Assembly: GCF_009914755.1 (NCBI RefSeq)
Contig: NC_060938.1
Reading direction: 5' to 3' (one strand)
From: the human T2T-CHM13v2.0 reference genome, Homo sapiens
DNA length: 64,000 bases
Numbering within the stretch: the stretch's first letter is position 1; the number at the start of each line of letters is the position of its first letter. Made by a program: the position numbers and the translations under genes. Below, piece by piece: positions 26,849 through 39,194 of the stretch. The notes below the pieces were generated by a model. That model saw nothing but the letters and a program-made list of their open reading frames with translations. It had not been told where the DNA came from and did not search any database.

Positions 26849-27123
26849 ATAAGATAAAGCGCAATGATAGGGGTTTTTACGAGGCTTGAATCCCCTCTTA
26901 CTACCAAATGTCCTGTTCACTATTTAGTAAATTTAAAAAATATTCACGTGGGTCAAATAAAGACTCTTCCATCGCTTTCCTACTCACTTCTTCCTGCAGC
27001 TGCCAAACATCTTTAATCTCAGGGGTAAAATGTTTGCCCTTTTTAACCCTCTATTTGACTCTTAGGTAGCTCTTCAGATCTTCCTTATTCTTTTCTTTTC
27101 TTTTTTTTTTCTCTCTCTCTGTC

Positions 27124-27418
27124 TTTTTTTTTTTTTTTTGAGACAAGGTCTTGCTCTGTCACCCAGGCTGGAGTGCAGTGGTGCGATCATAGCTCATTGT
27201 AGCCTCAAACTTCTTGGCTCAAGCAATCCTCCCACCTCAGTGCCCACCCGAGTAGCTGGGACTACAGGCATGCACCACCACCCACAGTTAATTCTTTAAT
27301 TTTTATTTTGTAGAGACAGGGTTTCACTATGTTGCCCAGGCTGGTTTCGAACTCCTGGACTCAAGCTATTCTCCTGCTTTGGTCTCCCAAAGTGCTAGGA
27401 TTACAGGTGTGAGCCACT
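27124..27418 (-). mobile_element. AluJ
   Basis: gagacaaggtcttgc...atcatagctca...ggctcaagcaatcctcccacc diagnostics; the T/CT-rich tail extends to about 27089. Confidence 0.95.
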
Positions 27419-28334
27419 CTTGTGAGCGTCACCTACTGAATTCATACACCTGTTCTGTTCCTGTTCCCCTTGCCACATACTCCAACAGACATTTTAAGAA
27501 CCTTTATTTCTATGGAAGTTTCTTTTAACCAAGTCTAGGGCCTTTTCTCCTCTCTTCTTACTATACCCTTCCCCCACAAAAGACCCAAAATGAATTTTTT
27601 GAACAAAACAAATCATGAGAATGACTTGTTTTATCTTGATTTCATTCTTCCGTGAGTATTTATCCTGGTCCTAGAGCAACAAATACTAAAACTATCTATT
27701 TAAAATATTATAGTTTAATGAAACTTGTTTGACAAATAGACCCCCTGACATTTATGGCACATGTATCTGTGTATTTAATATATCATTGATCTTTTAAAAG
27801 TCAGTTGCTTGACCTATATTTTGTCTCTGATTACTTTTCTAAATCTCTAGTAATCTCTAAAAACATTTAGAGATTTCCATACTTTTTTTTTCCTTTATTA
27901 ATCCCCTATATCCCTGAATTTTGCTCAGAGTAAGGTTCTCTGGAGTGATTTGGATATGTCAAATATCTCCAGTAACAACAGAACCAATACAAGAGCAGAT
28001 AACTGGTACAATTGGTTCCTGGTTAAAAATTTTTTCTTCTTAATAGATTTATCAAGGCTTGTGCTTTCCTGAACCAAGGAGCTCTTAATATCCCTGTTTG
28101 CCTTCCATAATAATATAGCCAGAGGTTCTGTTATCTATTTATTGGGACTTTACATACCTTTTATAACCATTCAGTGCTTGGCTAGTCCTCCCTGATCAAG
28201 TGTGGAGGCCTTTCTAGGAAAGATGGTGGGGGAGAAGTGGAAGAAGTGGTATTGTTGTCCCTGGGCTAAGATGACAGTGATAGAAACAGTTCCAGGTTGT
28301 CTGAGCAACTCTTGTAAACAGGAACTTATTTGAT

Positions 28335-28500
28335 ACATTCCATATGATTCAATTTTTGTAGAAAAGACTATCTAGAGAAAAAAAAGTTGGATGGTAGTCT
28401 CTGGAAGGTGGGATTGCCATTGATATTTTTATTTTTGTTCTGATGATTTTTCCCAAGTTTCTACAGTGACCATGTATTGCTATTACAAGTAATTTAAAAG
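28335..28500 (+). mobile_element. L1ME-type 3' fragment
   Basis: gtagtctctgg...gggattg...tttctacagtgaccatgtatt. Confidence 0.5.
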
Positions 28501-28893
28501 AAAGAAACCTACTTTACCTGGCGTCTTAAGTCTGCTTCCCAAGGGACTTAATCTTTAACAGATTTATCACAAATCCTACCTATTGCACAGAACAACGGTA
28601 AAAGGAAAGTTCTCGTGATTAGGCCCAGAGCAGTTCTGCAAACACAAGACTGTAAGCTAGAAAGCCAGGCTTTCTGCCCAGCAGCAGGAAGGCTGGGGTG
28701 TCCATGTTTGTTGCATGTCCCAGGGTATGTGCATGTGGAGTCTGACATGTGAGCAAGCGTGCGGCCTCTGTCACTCCTTTTTCCACTCAAGGATTAAGAT
28801 TGTATTGCATTTGGGATTTTAACTTTGTCTTCTTTCTTTTTTTCCTTACCCTTCCCCACTCCTCTTCCCTTTCTCCCTGTTTCTCTTCCTCAG

Positions 28894-28923
28894 GCCTCTC
28901 CCACCTCATGATGAGTGAACAAG
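28894..28923 (+). CDS. 30-nt symmetric phase-1 microexon, (G)LSHLMMSEQ; contains in-frame ATG-ATG
   Basis: About 70 nt of AG-free polypyrimidine tract (28824-28891) after a tttaac branch-like motif, acceptor CAG|G, donor AAG|GTAGG, length divisible by 3. Only the phase-1 frame lacks a stop. Confidence 0.62.
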
Positions 28924-30522
28924 GTAGGTGCTTTGTGCTTGTGGTCCTGCAGCTGCCTGAACTGCTTGCCTCCGTGCCTCTGGCTGGTCACAGAGCCTCA
29001 TCGTCACTGGCAGGCCATTCGCTGCCTGTCCTTCCTGCGCTGGGCCAGGCTGGCTGCAGGACCACCCTGCAGTGGGGGTGGGGGCACCTTCCTTGATGCA
29101 TCGTGGTTTCCCACCCCTATTGTCCCCTTGGCTTCTCCATTCTCCACCACCATTTGTCATTTTGGGCGCTGGCCCTGCTGGGCTGCATCCGAGAGGGAAG
29201 CATGAAACCAGGCATGACGGTGTCGATAATGGGGGTGAATGAAGCTAATTTCAGAGCAACCAAGCGGTTAACTTCCTCCTGCTCCTCCCCAGGCCCCATG
29301 CCGGGGCTCCAGGCTGGGGGAGAGGAGCTGGGCTCCTCCCTGAATTTCCCTCTGCTTTTTGTCTTCCCCTCCATTACACTGCCCGTAATGATCTGCCTTC
29401 CATGGTCAAAGGAAGCCCTTGTGGGTTTGACTGTTTTCAGTTTTATATAAAAGCAAAAACCACCTAAAGAACATGCTAATGTCCTCATGGCAGAATACTA
29501 ACTCATTATACACCCTGAAGAAAACTGCATATAAAGATCTGTAAATTCAGCATCTGCAACCTAAAATATTCAAATATGCAAGGAATGAACTGTGCAGGAA
29601 ATTCAGCTCAGCTAAGCACAGGGTGGGATGTGAATGAAGCCTTTTTCTCCTAAATAAAAATTTTCCACATTATCAGCCTAAATCAGGAGTTGAGAGCTGA
29701 GCCTAGTTAAAATTGTCTTTTCCTTCACAGTTCAATTGCTGCTATTGTGTTTCTTCTGAGCCTTGGGATGATTGCAAGATTGGTCTACCTGCCTTGCCCT
29801 GTAACCAAAAGTCTAATTTTTCTTGACTATGTCGTGTTGAAATATACATGGGACTCAGCACCTCTTCTGGAGGACCAAAGAAAAAGGGAAAGAAGGATAA
29901 TTCCATATATTCCTGTTTTTCTTGAGCTTTTGAGGAGGGTGGGACTTCCCCTCCCCTGCTCCCTGACATTGAGTCCATCAGACATTTTTGACATAAACGG
30001 CAGTATCATCAAATCAAGGAACTGCCCGAGGCTGGAAGAAGTTCGTTTATGGCATCCAGTTAGCTGTGGAAGTGGGCAGTCGAGGGCATCCTGAACTGAC
30101 AAAGCAGGGTAAGGAGGAAGCCTACTTTTCCAATGTAAATGTATCCTCCAGACCTAAGCCAAGATCAGTGGTGTGGACTTCAGAAATTTCAATAAGGAGA
30201 TGGTTTGGTAGAGACCATATGTCAAAAAATAGAACTGGGAGAGGAGATCAGGTGACTTCTCTAGTATTAGAAGGGGCTCCAGAAGAGGCTGAGATGAAGT
30301 CTCTGTTCTTGCAGTTTAGTGAGGGAGGGAAGGGCCAACAGCAAGTGACTATGAGGTGGACATGAGTAGGGGATGTACCTGATGTTGACCAGTGTGCAGG
30401 CAGCTTGAGAGAGTTAAGCACATCTCTTTGAGGAACCGAGCTCTATGAATTGCTGGAATTTGATGGCTCACCTTTGGTGACAAGTTACACCAGCAAAAGC
30501 AGACTCTTAGAGTCCCAATAAG

Positions 30523-30559
30523 CCCCTCCTACATTCTTTTTTCCCCTCCTACATTCTTT
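30523..30559. repeat. 20-bp tandem duplication
   Basis: cccctcctacattcttt twice. Confidence 0.85.
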
Positions 30560-31518
30560 AGCCTTATGATCCCACGTGCCCCTTGGGAGTTCTCCAAGCT
30601 TTTATAGTGGCTTGGAGAACTGAGTGCATCACATCATAGGGCAGAGTGTGGCAAATGGGATAGGCTGATGGGGACTTCCTTGATCTTGATTTAACTTATT
30701 GCAGACACACTGATGCAGCATGGATATCTTGGAAGGCTAAATCCCAACACTGGTATGAAAAACATTTGGAGAGCCTATATTATATTCCTTATGCACACAC
30801 ACAGAGCTTCAGATACAACCATGCTCCGGGGGAATAAGTCTGGTACCTTCTAGAAAGAGAGAAAGACATAATGACAGACATGGATGTTGTGAATTCCTCT
30901 TTTGAGAGGTTTTCAAGAAAGGATGCAGAATTCTTCTGGGTAACTGGTGCTACTAATATTTTAAGTTGCAACTTGAAGTTTAATCTGTTTTTAAGACAGT
31001 CCTTTGACTGCATTCCTCTTCCTTTCATTCTTTCCATTTCCTATCCCCTTATCTGTTCTCACCCATTTGATGATTACCTAAAAAACCGATACTCTTCTTC
31101 TCACCAGTACTCCTTTCCTTTTCCTTATTCCTTCAACATGAAAAAAGGAGGCTTCTGTCTGGTTTCTGCTGAATCTTAACAATTTATTTTTGTGCCCATA
31201 AATATGTGTGGAAATATGTATGTATGTTGTGTGTACAACACCTATACATGTGTGTTATACTCTTGGTCCTCATAACTCATATTAATGTTAGGAAAATACA
31301 GGAGAACCTAGCTTCTCCGAGATGTCCCCTAATCATTTTTAGATTAAGTGCATGCAATTTCACATACATGTGGCTGTGCAGTACTTTTGCATGCAGACTT
31401 TGTCATGTTTCTGAGGATGGGACTGAGAAGAAATGAATGGGATGGAGCTTGAACATGAAGCTGAGGGAGCAGCCTTGCTGGTCACAGCGTTTACTGCTTG
31501 TTTAAGCTTCCACATTGT

Positions 31519-31573
31519 ATGTTTGTTTTGCGCTGCCTCCTTAGGATGTTGCAATGCTACTGCCTTTACTGTT
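31519..31573 (+). CDS. Candidate alternative first exon, MFVLRCLLRMLQCYCLYC with a phase-1 end, or a 29-nt internal exon at 31545-31573
   Basis: In-frame ATGs at 31519 and 31546; donor GTT|GTGAGT at 31574 followed by a TG-rich tract; alternative acceptor cctccttag| at 31544; repeat-free context. Confidence 0.4.
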
Positions 31574-33069
31574 GTGAGTTTTTGTTTTGTGTGTTTTATG
31601 TCTCTTTGTGTGTTTGCAGTGTGCTGATGTTTGACTCTCCTTGCTCTCTCTCTGTCTCTCTCTGGCCGCCTCCATGGTGAACACCATGCTTCCTCTACTT
31701 AATTGGACCTTCATTTCTGTAGGTAGAAGTAAAGGTAGAGCTCACTTTATTTTTATCATTATAACTATCAATCTGCCTTTTGAAATATTCATGCATCCAA
31801 GAGGATTGTCGATTCTGAATACAGTCCAGATTATAAATTAATGCTTTTAACAACAACTGAAAAATAAGAATAAAAATAAAAAGCCAATGCTATCATTTCC
31901 CTTCAGTGCATTTCATGTTCAGTGTTTGGGGATGATTCTGTGTTGGCCTGCCTCCCTCTAAACTGAGGGCGGGCCTTCTGCATGATCTTGTACTCTTTCT
32001 ATCAGGAACGGGGGAGGGTGTTCTAAGATCCCCTCCCAGTAAATATATTGAGGGAACAGGGGAAGTATGAAATTATGTATCATTGTTGCTATTATTTGGA
32101 ATAACTGAATTTGGGGATAACATTGGTGGGGGAAGGATGATAGATGAGAAAGGGAGAGAATTGGTGAATTGCCTGAAATTTTATTTAATGTGGAATTGGG
32201 GGGGATATTTATTTATTTCTCTTTTTTTCCTGTGTTGTTTTTCCTGTATATGTGGGATTCGGAATTTTCTGATGGGGTGATGGGTTCAGAAGGGTGGAAC
32301 TGGGAGGGTGTGAAAGAACACAGGAATGAAAATGTGTTACACAGTCAGGAGGAAGAGGAGAAAGAGATAACGTAGGATTTTAACTTACAAAGCCAGCCTT
32401 TTGCCAGGTAGGCAGAGAAAAGGAGAGGGGCTGAGTGTGCAAACTTGCGCCAACACTCTGACATGCCTTTCATCGCACCACACCTTTGGGTAACGCATCC
32501 ATTTCTAATCAAAGCTGTCAGAGACCCGAGCCTAGAGAACCTGGCTCACCAGCTCAAATTGGATTAGTTGTTCAGGAGTGAAGGGAGAGGTTAATTGATA
32601 AATTATAAATATGTATCTACATCTAGTCTTCCCTGTTTCCTCCCTAATTCTCCAGCCCCTATCTCAATGAGTCTGTGTGCTGTCTCTTCCTTCAAAGACT
32701 GGCAAGTAACAGAAGTAGGAAATGTGTTTTATGCCATGAGGATGTTGAAGAAAGAAGGGGCTGACAAGTTGTTGAAAACATGGATTCAGTGACACGTCTG
32801 TGAGATGGCTATCGCTTATTTGAGTTTTATGCTTTTCTGGGTCTTTGAAAAGTTATGTATGGTTGCCTTGGAAGCAGTTCAGTCCTTTCCACTTTGGGGT
32901 TGGTTGATTGCCTGTTCCTTTTATGCTAATCCCAGGTGGCTTCATTCTCAGAAATCTGTCATGGGGAACCCTTACCCCATTGCTAAGTTGGTATCTTTTG
33001 AAAGGAGGTGGGTGGGAAAGCAGGGAGAGGAAGAGGAATAAATGATTAAAGGGCTACATCTGGCTGTAT

Positions 33070-35030
33070 CTCCACCTCTCCACTGACGCTACTTAGTGGA
33101 AGGCACTGGTGACCTCATAGGCACAGCCACCAATCTGCCTAGGACTCAACTTTTCTGATGCGTGTGGCACTGTTGCCTCTTCTCTCATTGGCAATACATT
33201 AGATTCAGTCTCTGTCTCTGTCTCCTTGTCTTTCCCTAATCCCCTACAACATCCCATAAAATAGATGTTTTGAGTGTTTTTTAGATTTTGCACGTGAGTA
33301 TCTTATTTTCTTTCTCGGAGTCACTGCTACTACCACTACTAGAAGCTGCTGACACTTTCATGCACCAGCCATTGTGCTATATGCCTAATGGGCTTGTCAC
33401 ACTTAATGCTCATAACTCATCTGTGAGGTAGGTGGTGGCATTATTCTTGTTTTACGGATAAGAACAATAAGACTCAGAGTCAGATAACATAAGCCGATGA
33501 CTACTAAGTGAGAATCAAACCCAGAATCTGTGCCCCTAACCCCTACTCTATACTGTCTTTCCCGGATACAAGGGTGACCTCCACGTTTAAGCCTTCTAGC
33601 TACCTCTCTACACTGACCTGTCATAAGTTCCAGCCTACCACCTTGCATTCTCTGTAGCATATGTCTCTGTAAATGCCCCACTAAGGGAGGCACTTCAGTG
33701 GGCTCAAAGTCAACCTTCATGTCATCTGCCCACAAACCAGCTTCCCTTTATGATGTCTCCCTGTTTGTTAACGCATTTCCCACCTGCCTTATCACCGTGG
33801 GGTGTGAAACCCAGGAATTACTTTCTATCATTCTCCTTCCTGAACCTTCCTCCTCCTAGGCAATTGGTAGAGAGAGAGCTTGTTGAGACTCTCCTCCAGA
33901 ATGTCTCTTGCATCTCTGCTGTCAGCTCCCTGGATCAGTTTCCAGTTAGCACTTACTCAATTATTGCCCTCTCCTAATTGGTCTTTCTGCCTCTGTTCTC
34001 TTCTAGTCTATCCAGTGGTTGAGAATTGCTTAAACTCTGCGGCCCACAAATGGAGTGCAGGATTAGCTATCTCCCTTTCAAAGCCTTCCCTTATATGGTC
34101 GTGTTTACCTTTATCTTGCTCCTCTGTTAAGCTTAACTACAAAATTGCTGCTCCAGCCAAGTGGAATACCAAATAACCTCTCTAGAATTTCCTCATCTCT
34201 TACCTTTGCTTATTCTGTTTCTCTACCTTTTAATAGTCCCTCATCCCCTTTTTTCTGCCCATTGAAAAATACATATATTTCATTTCTTATGTGATATTTT
34301 CCTTGAATGCTCCATTCAGAGTTGGGCTCTTCCTCCATGTACCTCTCTAACAATTTATATGGAAGTTAATTGGGACTTGGACCACTCCCCTCTACTAGAT
34401 TGCACGTACGTTGAAGACAAATGTATTCATTTGTTAACATCCAGATGTGTCTAGCATAGTGTGTTCCATGCAGAAAGGACTCAAAATCTCTAATCCTCTT
34501 ATCTTGCTGTCATTTATCTTCCTAAAAGTGAAAATAAAGCAAAATTAAAATTAAATCGGGTCATGTAGCTCATCTGTTCCAAAGTTTTGGGTAGATTCTT
34601 CTTGTATAATTGTCAAGGTGCCTTCCCTGCTTTATTTTCAGTGGGCATACCCCCTCTGCCCACCTATCACCCCTGCCAGCTCCCCCATCTCCAAAAGTCC
34701 CAAAGTCACTCTGCTTGCATCCACACTGCATTCTCCTGCCTTTGGACTTTTGCTAAAGCTCTATTCTCTTTCTTAAATGTCCTTGAACATGCTTCTCCCT
34801 CTTATCCTTGAAGATCCAAGCCTCCTAAGTCTGCCAGACTTTGTGCTGTGTTATAAGGTACCTATGCCAAACTGCCTTGAGTCACGTTTACTCATGTATT
34901 TCAATCCACTCCCCAACACCTGTCCCACAAAGGACCAAGACTTGTGTCTTTGCCCTCTCTGTCACTCATTCTACACAAGCTCAGTACTAGGGCCAGAGTC
35001 GTACCTAATGAATGCTTACAAAATTAAGTA
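33070..35030 (+). mobile_element. Degraded L2 fragments with a nested antisense MIR (about 33335-33560)
   Basis: L2 internal and 3' motifs (ctagattgc...tctagcatagtg); MIR core tttacggataagaa...gactcagag. Confidence 0.55.
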
Positions 35031-37829
35031 ATGGTTTAACTGAACTAAACAACTGATTTTAGATATGGGGGGAGGGGAGATAGACAGGATTAGATTTTCA
35101 ACACTGATGTTAGTAATGAAATCTCTCTACTTACTAACATGTACCCCTTTTCACAACCCTCATGACCCCAAATCACTGAGCAAAGGAGTCCCAATGGGTC
35201 ATGAAGTAAGACCACGTGTTCTGGCTCCACTTCCCTCCTCACTAAGGCCTTCTCTTGGCCCTGTGTGTGCAAGTGTCAGAGGGAAAATTTTATAGATTAC
35301 ACCAGAATAAACGTGGGAAAGGTCTTGAATTTATTCTTAGACATTTGTCAGAGAAAAGAAGGACTATGCCTCAGATGTTGTCATTCTTTTAAAGCTGAAT
35401 GATGAAGTAGTAAATCCATAATGGAAAGAATTGTCAAGTTAAATCTACAAAACTGAGCAGGGTGGGTAGGCTATAACAAAAACCACTCTGTTGAGGAGGC
35501 CGTTGGGCAGGACATGGCCAGAAACAAGCGTGAACTTACCTAGAAGTGGCTCACACAGAGGACTTCAGCAACCAGCCTTGGTCAGGTATTTCGAAAGCCC
35601 CTGTTTAAGTGTTGAGAGTATATTTTGGCCTTCTTCCCCTTCTTCTAGTCCATTTAGGGATTGCCCGTTCTGGATGAGGTTACCAAATACCTTCCCTTGA
35701 AACTGAACTCAGGGCAGGGGTCACAGACCCAAAAGCCAGCAGGGACCTGACCAGTCTTAAGAAGTAGACCTGGAGATAAGTAGTGTCCTAGTGTAAGAGA
35801 AGCAATAGGTCATGGTGGGAATCATGGCAAACTGGAGAGTGCAAGTCCCATCAAAGGCAGTAGTCTCCACTCTGCTCCAGCTGATCGCTGCCATGCAAGG
35901 ATGCAGGCACAGTCACCAGATGCTCAAGAAAAGCCAGAAGTGGACGTGATAAAAATGTCATCTGAAGGTATCTTCTCTGTATGTACGTATGAACACACAC
36001 ACACCTGCGTGCCAGATGATTTGGTGCATGAGTCATAAGTTTTTGACCTTTGGCTTGAGAAGGCAGGAGGAGAAAAAGATTCCTTCAAGATTTCTTACTG
36101 GATGTCAATAGTGGGAGGTAGTTTGATTAATTTTCTCTTTGACCATTGCTGTGATCAGTTACCAAGAATCCTTCCTACCCTTGGCACTACCTTCGGAGAG
36201 GCTGGTCTGTGTGTTGGGTAAAGTTGCTTTTGTAGAGTGGTGTGGGAAAGTGTGGGGAGGGTATGGAGAATGCAGAGAATGACCTGGGAGAGAGGTATCT
36301 GACATCTTTAATAACGATCAAGAACTGATTTTTAAACCTTTAGGGCGGCCGGGCAGGAGGGGGATTTAGTTTCTTTTTCCTTTTGCTCTACAGAGTTTTG
36401 TATTCACTGGATTGCCTAGTGTTGACCCTAAGATCTATTCTAGTCCTTTAAAGTTCAGAAGCCCTTTTTGATTTGTTTATGTGTATTTTTCCCATGTAGA
36501 TTTGATCACTGGCCTTCTAATGCTGAGCTAATCAACACTGGCCAAACTGGAAAGATATAATCAAGCTACATGAATTTGAACATGATTTCATGTAGATTGC
36601 ATTTTACTGGTAATAACATTAAGAAAGCTGATTTGAGGAGCTGAGCCCCCTCTTGTCCCTGCTAGGACTTGAGAGCCTTGAAAATAAGTTACTGCCTTGA
36701 TAGCCAACTGTGTATGCAAATTCCTTTACTAATGCCAGCTACTAATTATGAAAATAAACTCATCTGTGCTCTATAAATATCTAATTATAATAAAATAGGG
36801 GCAGTATTACATTTCCATCTCTTGTCTCATCTGTTTCTCATCCACCACTGATTTGTCCTCTTGACAGTGAATATAAAATCGCTTTGTTTTTTCAAGAAGC
36901 CTGTTTTCCATGTATTTTTTCTTCTAATGTTTTGAAAGTCTGTGGGGGAAAATAGATTTATTTTAAACATAAAAAGTAAATTGCTTGATTTTAGCAGCTC
37001 TGTGTTTTTGGCAGTGATGTCTTTGAGACGGTGCTTGAAAAATATGAAAAGTGTGTTTTTTTCTTGTTTAGAAATTTTGACTGGACACCAAAGACATTTT
37101 TTGCATGGATGTTTCTTGGAGCATTCAAAAAAGTGTTAATGTGAACAGAAGATTTATTAATAAAATGTACAATGTATCAGTAGAACATTTTAATTAAATT
37201 CCAACTGACAATACATAAAAGAAATTATTTCTCAGATTTTGAAACAACATGTCTGTTTCCTCCTCCTCAATGATCAATTTGGATTTATTGATTACTTATA
37301 GATTTTATGTCTGTGTATATATGTCATAAAATACTTTCTCCTCTAAGGTATGAATAATGATCTATCTGTTTGTATAGACCTTTGCTTATCCAGTTGAGTT
37401 AGTTAATCTTAGAAGATATATAATTTTCAACTGTAGATCAATATGTATACACACATAAACTTGACTTTGATAGCACCTACAGGCAAAGAATGTTTTGAAT
37501 TGTGTTGTCTTTAAGATACATCTCATTTGTAAAGAATTCGAAAGAGTAGTCTGATGGAAAGATACTTAATGAGAGAACAAGCAAAGTGCATTTCCCCTTG
37601 TGCTTAGGCTTGTACATGCCATGGTCTGTTTCTTAGGTGTGTAGGGCAGTGTATATCTGAGTATAGGTACAATTTGCACAAGTACATATTAATAGGCTTA
37701 TACTGGTGTATTGTGTTTTTATATGTAGTTGCCATTTGTAGGTGTACTGAAAATAATAGATTCCAGGGTGACATGTATCAGAATTAAGCAGATCCTCTGC
37801 TTCAATATTAGAAAAGCAATGCTTATTTG

Positions 37830-37940
37830 GCATTCAACAAATATTGATGGAGAGCCAACGATATGCTAGGTGCTAAGTACACAGAAACTGAGCAAACATA
37901 GACCCAGCCCTCTGACACCTTGCTCACAGTCAATGGGAGT
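37830..37940 (-). mobile_element. L2 3' tail
   Basis: cattcaacaaatatt...tgctaggtgct. Confidence 0.65.
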
Positions 37941-38149
37941 TTGAAAATAGCTTTCAGATGTAACAACCACCTTTCCTCAAGTAAAAAGCCTTAAATGCAT
38001 TGTTTTTAATGTATTTTTATATATGCAGTTTTTAAATTAATTTTTTTATTTTAAAGGGAAATTGTTAGGTAATCATTTAGTCAGATCACCCACGCTTTAC
38101 ATTATCAGAATCAGAAAAGAAAATGTGCTTTGTGTGTGAACACATAGGG

Positions 38150-38460
38150 AATTTTTTATTTGCTTGTCATTTATTTGTTTATTGGGGATGGCATACACAG
38201 TGCAAAGTGTATAAAATGCATGCTCTTAAGCATACAGCTTAAAGGTTTTTTTTTTTAACCTGTATATACCCACATAAATACCATCCAAATCAAGAAATAG
38301 AATATGCCCATCACTATAAGGTTCCATTGTGACCCTTTCTGCCATTACTTCTTTTTCTTTATTGGTTGATTTATTTTTTAAAAAATTACCGTTTATTTTT
38401 AATAAATACATGTATTTTCCCCACTCAATCCAAAATTGTGTTTATCCATGTAATAATCAG
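38150..38460 (-). mobile_element. L1ME-type fragment
   Basis: catacacagtgcaaagtg...catacagct...aaatcaagaaatagaat. Confidence 0.5.
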
Positions 38461-39194
38461 TAGGCAGGCTCTAGATTGCTTAACTTTCATTAAGAAGGAT
38501 TAACCTTGTGAGACACCCAGGCAGTGTGGTTTTTCACTGTGTGTAAATAGAAGCAAAAATATTGTCCTCTTGTGAGGTAGCTTTGCCCTGTTTTTGATGA
38601 AGCGCAGGTTTCCCTCTATACAAAGAGAATATCTAATTGATATTATTGAGTTTTTCTCTTTTTTCCTAAGGCATTTAGTGGTAAGCAGAATAGCAGAGGT
38701 GGAAAAGACCATATGCTTTGTAAAAAGCCAGACTAATAACACTTTTTGATGGATGTCTGATTGTAAAAGTGCTGCATCTTTCATTAAAATTTACATGTAA
38801 AGCAAGGGCAGAAGCGATGACATGAAACCTAATGCAACTTGCACATCTTGACATAATAACAATCACAAGAAACTGCAGATCCCAGATGGCAGCTTGGCCT
38901 TTGCCATCCTTTTAATAAGCTACTAACTGCTAATTATTTCACTCTTTTGGGCAAGTTAATTTACTGTTGACTCTTAAAGAGATACTGCTCTTTTTTTCCC
39001 CCAACCCACACAAAACAGAGACCTTCCACCTGGAGCTTTGAAAAGTGCTTCCCTGCAGGTTGGAAGCTTTCCAGTCAGTTGTAACAACGATGGCAAGTAT
39101 TGGGATGAAAAATGTTGCTTAATAACATTTTCTTGTTTTTTTTTTTATGAATATAGAGAATTTAAAAAATTTGTTCGACTAAAGAGCCATTGTG

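Noticed and set aside
31664-31680. GCCGCCTCCATGG, a near-Kozak start
   Set aside because: The -3 position is T and no convincing ORF or donor follows; noted only as context.
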